Origin: Candidatus Woesearchaeota archaeon
GTDB lineage: Archaea; Nanobdellota; Nanobdellia; Woesearchaeales; JABMPP01
Direction of reading: 5' to 3'
DNA length: 64,000 nt
Assembly (NCBI GenBank): GCA_018303405.1
Contig: JAGVYD010000009.1
Span: 195,045 to 259,044, forward strand
The notes under the pieces were generated by a model, which was not told where the DNA came from, made no database searches, and saw nothing but the letters and a program-made list of their open reading frames with translations. Numbering within the stretch: the first letter of the stretch is position 1; the number at the start of each line of letters is the position of its first letter. Below are positions 35,458-43,447 of the stretch, in pieces. A program made the translations under genes and the position numbers.

Positions 35458-36723
35458 TCAGTCCTCCCTCTTCACATATTTTCCAGTGAATGTTATTGTC
35501 GCACTCTTGCTTCCAACAGGCTCAAGCAACGGAACCTCAACCAATATGTCTATCACAGCAGTGTCATTTGCATCTGAATAATTGAGAAGCTTCAGGAAAG
35601 TCTCATTTGTGTATGGGACATTTGTCCAGCCTGTTGTTGAAGCAGACCAGTTGAAAGAGCCAGACTCATTTGAATGGTTCGCAACTTTGTACTGGAAATA
35701 CGCAGACGCTGACTGCTCGCTGTCCCAGAGGTAGTCTTCGGCGCTCAGGTTCACATCAACATAGGAATTGCCGTCGTTCCTCAAGAGAAACGGCGGGGGG
35801 GAAAGGTCAGTTGTATTGTCCCTCTGGCCTATAAGCATGCTGCCGAAATCAACTGTGCTGTCAACCAGGGTCAGGCTGATCAGCGAATTCATTGTAAAAT
35901 TGAAGACAGTGCTGTTTTTCGCATTCCCGAAACTGTCGTAGACAACAACCCACCACTGGTACCAGTAATTGTCATCGCCAAAATATCTCAGGTCAGCCGG
36001 GATAGTATAATTTGAGTAGTTGATAAGGTTGTACTGCCTATTGTCAACTGCACAGCCGCCCTGGCATGTTATGAAAAGGCTGAATTGAAGAGTATCATTG
36101 TCATAATCAGACGCATTCCACTGGAAATTTGGAGTGCGGTTTGTTATTATGGAATTGTTTGCAGGATAAGTCAGGTTCATGGAATTTGGCGGATTATTCA
36201 GCCTGCAGCAGATTTTCCTATTGTACTCACTGCAAGAGCCAACATGCGCATTTGTATCGTTGTTGTCAGTTGCTACTGACGATGCTATTGATGTCAGGCA
36301 AGAGTAATTTGCAGGGCATGTGTCGTTGTAATGGCCACATGTAATGTTGCCATAAACAGAATTTATGCAGGCGCTGTTATTGTATGAGCTGAAAGTGGAA
36401 ATCTGGGCATGGGAGTCTGTTGTCTTGTTAAGGTTAAGGAATTTTGTCCCAAAGCAGGAAGTATTGACCGTATTGTTTGACATCGAAGCGTCGCAGCACA
36501 AAGCAAAGGGATAGCTTGCCACTGAAGGCAGTTCAGCATGCGCATTGTAATAGCCTGCTGAGTCATTCCTGAAAAAAAGGTAAGATGAATCGCTGCATGT
36601 CCCTGCAGTGGATATTGTGCAGTTGAGCCCGGCGCCTATGGAAGCATAGCTATATATTAATGCCAGGCCAAATACAAGCGCAAGCAATACTGCCCATTTG
36701 TTGTTTAGTCTCATCTTTTGCAT
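35458..36723 (-). CDS. Secreted protein: Cys-rich N-domain, FN3/Ig-like middle, C-terminal fimbrial-subunit-like domain (paralogue set C/E/H)
   Basis: 421 aa with a signal peptide. The C-terminal 150 aa carries VDFG, LRNDGNSYVDVNL, FQYKVA, FNWS and VPLLEPVGSKSATITFTGKYV in the same order as 32123..32842 and 33097..33903. Confidence 0.5.
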   Translation of the reverse strand: MQKMRLNNKWAVLLALVFGLALIYSYASIGAGLNCTISTAGTCSDSSYLFFRNDSAGYYNAHAELPSVASYPFALCCDASMSNNTVNTSCFGTKFLNLNKTTDSHAQISTFSSYNNSACINSVYGNITCGHYNDTCPANYSCLTSIASSVATDNNDTNAHVGSCSEYNRKICCRLNNPPNSMNLTYPANNSIITNRTPNFQWNASDYDNDTLQFSLFITCQGGCAVDNRQYNLINYSNYTIPADLRYFGDDNYWYQWWVVVYDSFGNAKNSTVFNFTMNSLISLTLVDSTVDFGSMLIGQRDNTTDLSPPPFLLRNDGNSYVDVNLSAEDYLWDSEQSASAYFQYKVANHSNESGSFNWSASTTGWTNVPYTNETFLKLLNYSDANDTAVIDILVEVPLLEPVGSKSATITFTGKYVKRED

Positions 36724-36738
36724 CCTGCTGATTGCATC

Positions 36739-39700
36739 TTATCCTGTGCCCTGCACAAGCCTTCCTCCATTCTCCTTTATTAGCCTCGAGCTTCCATACT
36801 TGCTCACATTGCCCGCATTTGTCACGTTCGCGCCAAGAATTGTCATGTTGCTGTAAGTCCAGAGGTATATATTCTTTTTTTGCAGGTCGCAGTTATCCAA
36901 AATTATGCAATTCAATGCACTTAGGGTCCAGTTGCCTGATGAAGGACAGTTGCAAAGAGGCGACTGCACAGTTAGCCCCTGCTGTGATGTCTGGTTCAAA
37001 TTGCCTGCCAGGTCCTGCACATATGCAGTATAAGGGTATGCGCCAGGGCTCAGGCTTGTATAATTCTGGTACAGCTTGTATGTTCCTGCCCTGTAAGAGG
37101 CATTAATTTCCTGAATGGAAATAATCCTGTTCCATATCTTTACTTCATCAAGGATTCCAAGGTATGCCTGGGTTTCATCAAAGCCGCCGCATGCAGCGTC
37201 TTCCTCTTGCCCCAGAACAAGACACCCTGTGATTTGCAGGCTTCCATTTGACATGTTTTTTGAAATTTTTGGCACACCATCCTTGTACATGTAAACAGTT
37301 CCATTGTCGCCATCCCTTAATATCACAATATGATGCCAGTCACCGTCATTGAGCGTCACTCCTGTACTAAACGAAGCATCCTTAATGAAAACACTTGCGC
37401 CATAATTGAAAATCAAGAACTCATTATTCCCGGTTGCGGATGAGCCATGAATAGGTGTGCCAGACTTCGAAGTGTCTGAAGACTTGGCCCAGAATTCAAC
37501 TGTAAAATTATTCAGGCCATCCATTGCTGACCTGCTTAGGTTCACCCAGCTGGATGTTGTGCCGTGCAAAAGCACGCCGCTTCCAAACCTGCCGCTTGTT
37601 GTTGAGCCTGAAAAGACTGTCCCATTATTCCCGTAAGTTGACCAGTCCCTCGCAAATGTGGAATTTTCCCCTGATTCCCTGTTGAATCGCCACCATCCTT
37701 TCAGGCTTCTGCCGAAATCAACAAATGCTGTTCCAAGATAATCGTCTGAAACAGAAACATTCACAATAGCCCATGGCTCTGTTGTTATCAGCCCATTACT
37801 CTCAGTTGCCTCATCAAATGATATCTGCGGATAGACCTTGTCCACCTTTAGCTCAATCAATTCTGTTGCATTTACATTTCCCGCCCTGTCCTGCACATAA
37901 GCCTTGAAATTGTAGCTTGTGTTGTCAACAAGGTCTGTGAAATTGCGGTAGAGACTGTAAACGCTTGCATTATAAGTTGCGTTGATTTCCTCTGGCGACA
38001 ATGGGCGGTTGAAAATCTTGACGTCATCAATGAAGCCCGGGAAATTTCGCCATGCACCATTCTGTGTCCCTCCGATAAAAATTGAATTGTTAGTTTGTGA
38101 GGCATCCATGACCCCGCTTACAGCAGTTATTGTTATTGTCCTGCCGTCAATATAGGTCCTAATGTGGGTTCCATTGTAGGTCCATGCAATGTGGTGATAA
38201 GTGCGGTGGTCAAGAGTCACAGAAGAGGAATAATAATTTGTGCTGCCTATATATGTCTGGGACCTGACAATAACTGAGCCAGGATTGTCAAACAACTGCA
38301 CCCCATTCCCATTTCCCCAAAGGCCGTGGTGTATTATTTGTGTCTGGTTCGTGCCACCCCATTCCTGGGTCTGGTTGCGGACCTTGAACCAAAGCGAATA
38401 TGTGACATAGGAAAAATTCAGGGACGCATCAGCCGGAACCACGATCCTGTCCACAGCGCCATCAAATTCCATCCCTCTCCCCATTTTGCCTTCAGCATAA
38501 ACCGGGCAGCTGGAAGGCACGCATGTTGCATTATTCTCATAGCTTGACCAATCCCTGAAATAAGTGTCATTCTCGCCTGTCTCATTGTTGAATCTCAGCC
38601 ATAAAACCAGGCTCTTGTTCCAGTCAAAGAATGCAGTAACATTTGTGCTGTTGTCAAAAACAGTCACATTAACCCATGTCCAGTTCCTGCTGATGTAACT
38701 GCCATTCCTGTCATTTGTGTAGTCGAACGTGATATTGGGCTTGTCGCCATCGTACCAGGTTCCTGCCAGGCACACTTCCAATATGCCATCGCTGTCCGGG
38801 TCAGTTGACACATTATTGGCATAGCATGCAGAATCGTAAACGCATTTGCTGGCCTCATTGCAGCATGCCCTGTCGCTTGAGCTTGTTGTGCAGCTCCCTA
38901 AATCACATGTCCTTGAAAGCCCGTTTTCCCCACTGTCATCGCCGCAGCAGGCCGTAGCAGTGACATCCCCGCCAAGGTCCCAATTGCTTCCTCCTGTGAT
39001 TGCAGTGCAGATTTCTGAAGTGGAGTCCCCTCCCATCCAAAAACTGCCATGGCAGTATGCCTTTGTTGGGATGGCTCCAACCATTTCGCCTGTGTCATAG
39101 CATGTGTTGTTCAGGCCACAGCTTGTTCCACTCCTGCAGCATGTGTTGTTTGTTGTTGCGTTATATCCTGTTGGGACATCTACCCCTCCCCTGTCATAAA
39201 CATTATATTCTGTGCCATAGCTTGTCCTGTAAGCCTCAAGATTGTCAATAACAATCTGCATTTCAGTATCAGAATTTGAATAATCCCACATTCTCCAGTA
39301 ATAATCAGGGTTGGTCTGCGCAGGGGTTGTCAGTGTGCCATTGAAATGGCCTGACTCATTTGCCTTGCACGTAAATCCAGACATGCTTTTGGTAAATACT
39401 GAGCCATTGGCCAGATGGACTGTCCCTGTTGTTGTGGCAGCATCCTGGCAGCATGAATGGTTGTTGTCCCTGAACCGCATGTACCATCCAGAACCTGAAG
39501 AATCATTTATGCATTTGTAGTCGAACTCCACAGTAAAGGCAGTGCTTGGGAAATTTATTTCCGGAGTCCATTGTGCCATAACCTGGTCCCAGGTAGAATC
39601 GCCGTCAGCCTGGATATACCAGCTTCCGCCGTCTATGTTTTTCCCGCTGGAAATGACATAAAAGCAAATGTTTGCAGCGCCGCAGGTAGTGTCTTCTGTC

Positions 39701-42700
39701 CAGTTCCATCCGTCAGAGCCGCTGTATTCTGAAAACCTTCCATTTGTGAAAACAGTCAAGTCATCCCCGCAGCAGCCTAAGGTCGATGTGTCAGGATATT
39801 CCCCCACATTGCTTTCTCCTGCGTAAGCGGCATTCCAGCTTATGTTCAGGGCAAAGGTGCTGCTTCTTGGGCTGATGACACCCTTCTCACGGCCGCAAAC
39901 ATAGCCGCACCAGTAATCTGCGTAATCCGATGTATCGCATTGCAGCCATGTTCCTGTCCCGCCAGATGAATAGCAATAGCCTATACTGTCATTCCCGCCA
40001 AGATTCAGATGATTATATGCAGAATTCGAATTTACAGCAGGAGTGGCATCTGGAGTGAAACATGATTCACCTGCAACGCAATCAGACGTTGCGCTGCAGC
40101 ATGCATCTTCAGCATTAACAAAAACAAGCTCAGAAGAGGAGCTGTAGTTCCTCTCTATTATTGTATTTTCATTTGAATCGTCGCCGCAACACGTGCTGTA
40201 AGAGCCTTCGCCGCCAATGCTCCAATTATATGTTGATGTGCAGCCTGATGCAGATGATGTGCAAAGTGACTCGTTTGTGTCCCTGTCATAAAGGTAAGCG
40301 CTTATTGTGCAATAGCCTGCACCGCTGCAATTCTGGCCTCCATAGAATGTTTCGGATGAACAAAAGTCAGTATTGTTGCACTGGCCTGTCACTGTAGTGC
40401 CGCTGCCAGAGCAATAAGTCCCAATATTGTTATTATAGCTGGTGGTAGCGCATGAAGCAGCACCGCCTGTGCAGAAGCCCGTTCGCCCTGTTGTAACACA
40501 GACGCTTGCGCATGAAGTATTGGTCGCTGAACAATCATTGTTTGGATCGTCATTTGCATTGGCATAGGTGCACGTTCCACTTCCACTGCAATACCGGCAT
40601 GTGCCTGAGCATGTTGTTCCAACTGTGTCTTTTGTGGCGTTTGCAATATTATTGCATGTTCCTGCGCCATCACATTCCTTGCAATCGTAGCAATTTGCTG
40701 CTTCCTGCCCTGATGCAGGCGTCTGGCAGGTTGAATAGCCAGCAGTGCATTGGCTTGCGCAGGTTCCAGAGCATGTAGTTCCGGTGTTATAGCCGCAGGT
40801 TCCTGAAGTTCCTGAGCATACTGAACTGTCCAATATTGTCTGGCCAGAGCATGTGTAGGAGCCTGTGCAATCACCTTGCGGATCAGTGTTTCCAGGAACT
40901 ATTTCACAAAACTCATCTCCAAATCCATCCCATTCACAGCACGTGCCTATATCATTACATTCAACTTGTGTATCACAAAAAACGCCTGTGCAAGTGCTGC
41001 CACAGACACCCTGGCCGCGATACTGCGTATCATATCCTGTGCCATTTACTGCAATGCCTGTGAAATTGTTTGTAATGTTATTTGTTATTGCATTGTAAAT
41101 ATTCAACCGCGACCATACTACTGTCTCTTCATTTATTATGCTCCCTGTTGCTATCAGCAATTTTTTCATTTGTGCATTATCCAAGGAATCATTGTACTGG
41201 TAAACCAAAGCAGCCCCTCCTGAAACAAAAGCTGCAGATATGCTTGTTCCTGAGGCAAGTTCCGCATTTGCATTATGGTCAACAGAATCAATGTCCTCCC
41301 CAGGGGCCAAAAGGACAATGGCATTATTGGAGCTGGTAAGGGCAGATAGACGGTCATTTTCTGTGGACGCACCAACTGGAAGAGCTGTTTCTGCACAAGC
41401 AGGGCTGACAATTGTGTTGTTGTACGTGTTTCCTGCTGCTGCAACAGTAAGTATGCCAAGCCCGCTCAGCTCATCGACTTTTTGCGCAACCGGATTATCA
41501 TAGCATATCCCAGTATATCCCCCTGCACCAATGCTCATGGATATTATGTCAACATTTTGCTCCTTGCAATATTCCAGCCCTGCGAGAATGTCTGATTCAT
41601 AGCCAATTCCCTGGGAATCCAATACCTTCACTGCTATCAGCTGGGCAGCAGGCGCCATCATGTATGTGATGTACGAAACCAAGGTGCCGTGGCCATTGTC
41701 ATCCTGGTAATCATTGGTCTGGGCCAGGACATTATACCCATACGCAGTGTTCTGCACAACTGATGGGTTTACTCCTGTGTCAAGGGCGCAAATCTTTATT
41801 CCTGAGCCGTCCAATTGCAAGCCATAGGCTGTGTTGAGATAATACTCTTTTGCCTCACCAAGCATGATTATCTTTGATGAGTTTTCAAACAGGAGGCTGA
41901 CTGGCTGGTCAAGATAAACCTTTTCAATGCCCTTATTGCCTGTCAATTTCGACAGCCTTGTCTTGTCCATATGGGCAACATCAATATCATCAGTAACAGC
42001 TATTTCGCCTATTTTTTTGCTTGATGGGGTTTTGTACTTCACAATAACCCTAATGGGCTCAGAAGCCCTCTCCAATTCATGGATTACATTCTTGTCAACA
42101 TGGAACTGGTATCTTGCAAATATCAAATCCTCTTCTGTGTAATTGGAGGCATTCTCCACCCAGCCTTGGTCCAGGTCAGGAAACAGGCCAGTGATGAAGG
42201 ACAATCCTTTCCCAGATTCATTACCTGCCTGGCTTTGGTCCATGTCTGTGTCCATTACATAATCAATTCTGTCAATTGTGACAGCTGAATCATCAACTTC
42301 AAAAACCAGTGAATAATTTTCCCCTGGCAAAGAAATGTTGCAGGTGTCTTTGCATTCAAGGCTGAAATCCCGGATATCAGGCTCAACAAATGATGCAGGC
42401 AACTCTGCCCATTGGCCTGAATAAACGCTGTCATCAGCTTCGTCGTAATACACCACCTGCGCCCTTACTATGTTGTCATTTCCAGCTGAATTTTTCCCAA
42501 CAAAAACATTGTAAGCGTCATCCCATCCTGGCGCTGATGGAATAAACCCAAGGACATTGCAGCATGATTCGCTGCCATAGCATTCATATGACGATTCAGC
42601 AGTTTCAATGTTTTCAATTTCCCATCTTGTGCATGTGCCCTCAACTTTTGCATCAATTGAGAATTCTGTTCCACTGGCATCAAAATCAACCACGCCTTTT

Positions 42701-43344
42701 ACAGATTCAACGCCGTTGTCATCCTGGTCAAATGCGGAGCCGGAATTGTAGGCAAGCTTCACTGAAATGTCCTGCGCCGGCACAAAATCTTCCTGCTTCA
42801 CTGCTTCACTCGGGGCTGATACGGGGAAAGATTCTCCCTGCCCAAGGCTGAGTATCTCCAATCTTGTGCCATTGAAACCAAGGTAAACCCTGGCAGGCCC
42901 TTCGCCAACCACTGCGCCAGTAAGCTTTACTGCAAGCAGGTTTCCCGGCACAGCAGGCACCCAGGCGTATTCACTGTTTTCTGAAAAAGTTTTGCCAACG
43001 GGCAAAGAGTACCCTATACCCTGGGCAGGCTCTTCAAGCACGGCAAGGCCAGTAATGCCTTGCCGCAGAAATAGAAAAAAGCCGGATATGAACACGATGG
43101 CCAGGAAAACTGCCAGGCCAACTGCCAAATATGTCTTGCCTGATTCAGTATGTTTCTTGATGGCATTTTCAAGCGTGGCAATATGGCTCTCGCTTTTGCT
43201 AATCCAGTGCAGCAGGTTTTCCCCCTTAATCCTTGTCTTTGGATTCCTGGCCTGCAGCTGGAGAAGCCTTGTGTGGAAGCGTTTCCACTCTTCCAAGCTT
43301 TTCCTAAGTCTCTCTAATCTACCCTTTCTTTCCGATGCTTTCAT
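36739..43344 (-). CDS. Giant type II-anchored surface protein: subtilisin-like (S8) protease, long Cys-rich region, two LamG/ConA-like lectin modules
   Basis: The tracked start is TTG and the ATG two codons in is used. Has an N-terminal cytoplasmic coiled coil and a TM helix (YLAVGLAVFLAIVFISGFFLF). The S8 triad lies in order ICALDTGV / DDNGHGT / GTSISAAFVSGGAA (DNA about 41086-41838). The CCGDD motif occurs three times. LamG-like modules lie at about 37963-38610 and 37093-37695 (FDGAVDRIVVP...HHIAWTY...GFIDDVKIFNR; ...WHHIVILRDG...LDEVKIWNR). Confidence 0.8.
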   Translation of the reverse strand: MKASERKGRLERLRKSLEEWKRFHTRLLQLQARNPKTRIKGENLLHWISKSESHIATLENAIKKHTESGKTYLAVGLAVFLAIVFISGFFLFLRQGITGLAVLEEPAQGIGYSLPVGKTFSENSEYAWVPAVPGNLLAVKLTGAVVGEGPARVYLGFNGTRLEILSLGQGESFPVSAPSEAVKQEDFVPAQDISVKLAYNSGSAFDQDDNGVESVKGVVDFDASGTEFSIDAKVEGTCTRWEIENIETAESSYECYGSESCCNVLGFIPSAPGWDDAYNVFVGKNSAGNDNIVRAQVVYYDEADDSVYSGQWAELPASFVEPDIRDFSLECKDTCNISLPGENYSLVFEVDDSAVTIDRIDYVMDTDMDQSQAGNESGKGLSFITGLFPDLDQGWVENASNYTEEDLIFARYQFHVDKNVIHELERASEPIRVIVKYKTPSSKKIGEIAVTDDIDVAHMDKTRLSKLTGNKGIEKVYLDQPVSLLFENSSKIIMLGEAKEYYLNTAYGLQLDGSGIKICALDTGVNPSVVQNTAYGYNVLAQTNDYQDDNGHGTLVSYITYMMAPAAQLIAVKVLDSQGIGYESDILAGLEYCKEQNVDIISMSIGAGGYTGICYDNPVAQKVDELSGLGILTVAAAGNTYNNTIVSPACAETALPVGASTENDRLSALTSSNNAIVLLAPGEDIDSVDHNANAELASGTSISAAFVSGGAALVYQYNDSLDNAQMKKLLIATGSIINEETVVWSRLNIYNAITNNITNNFTGIAVNGTGYDTQYRGQGVCGSTCTGVFCDTQVECNDIGTCCEWDGFGDEFCEIVPGNTDPQGDCTGSYTCSGQTILDSSVCSGTSGTCGYNTGTTCSGTCASQCTAGYSTCQTPASGQEAANCYDCKECDGAGTCNNIANATKDTVGTTCSGTCRYCSGSGTCTYANANDDPNNDCSATNTSCASVCVTTGRTGFCTGGAASCATTSYNNNIGTYCSGSGTTVTGQCNNTDFCSSETFYGGQNCSGAGYCTISAYLYDRDTNESLCTSSASGCTSTYNWSIGGEGSYSTCCGDDSNENTIIERNYSSSSELVFVNAEDACCSATSDCVAGESCFTPDATPAVNSNSAYNHLNLGGNDSIGYCYSSGGTGTWLQCDTSDYADYWCGYVCGREKGVISPRSSTFALNISWNAAYAGESNVGEYPDTSTLGCCGDDLTVFTNGRFSEYSGSDGWNWTEDTTCGAANICFYVISSGKNIDGGSWYIQADGDSTWDQVMAQWTPEINFPSTAFTVEFDYKCINDSSGSGWYMRFRDNNHSCCQDAATTTGTVHLANGSVFTKSMSGFTCKANESGHFNGTLTTPAQTNPDYYWRMWDYSNSDTEMQIVIDNLEAYRTSYGTEYNVYDRGGVDVPTGYNATTNNTCCRSGTSCGLNNTCYDTGEMVGAIPTKAYCHGSFWMGGDSTSEICTAITGGSNWDLGGDVTATACCGDDSGENGLSRTCDLGSCTTSSSDRACCNEASKCVYDSACYANNVSTDPDSDGILEVCLAGTWYDGDKPNITFDYTNDRNGSYISRNWTWVNVTVFDNSTNVTAFFDWNKSLVLWLRFNNETGENDTYFRDWSSYENNATCVPSSCPVYAEGKMGRGMEFDGAVDRIVVPADASLNFSYVTYSLWFKVRNQTQEWGGTNQTQIIHHGLWGNGNGVQLFDNPGSVIVRSQTYIGSTNYYSSSVTLDHRTYHHIAWTYNGTHIRTYIDGRTITITAVSGVMDASQTNNSIFIGGTQNGAWRNFPGFIDDVKIFNRPLSPEEINATYNASVYSLYRNFTDLVDNTSYNFKAYVQDRAGNVNATELIELKVDKVYPQISFDEATESNGLITTEPWAIVNVSVSDDYLGTAFVDFGRSLKGWWRFNRESGENSTFARDWSTYGNNGTVFSGSTTSGRFGSGVLLHGTTSSWVNLSRSAMDGLNNFTVEFWAKSSDTSKSGTPIHGSSATGNNEFLIFNYGASVFIKDASFSTGVTLNDGDWHHIVILRDGDNGTVYMYKDGVPKISKNMSNGSLQITGCLVLGQEEDAACGGFDETQAYLGILDEVKIWNRIISIQEINASYRAGTYKLYQNYTSLSPGAYPYTAYVQDLAGNLNQTSQQGLTVQSPLCNCPSSGNWTLSALNCIILDNCDLQKKNIYLWTYSNMTILGANVTNAGNVSKYGSSRLIKENGGRLVQGTG

Positions 43345-43447
43345 CGGCAACCCCGGCCTCTTTATTGATAATCAAGCGAATAATCGTAACCCACAGAAGG
43401 AACCAGCCTGCGAACGCTATGCAGGAATGGTTTTTTCATTGTGAGGC

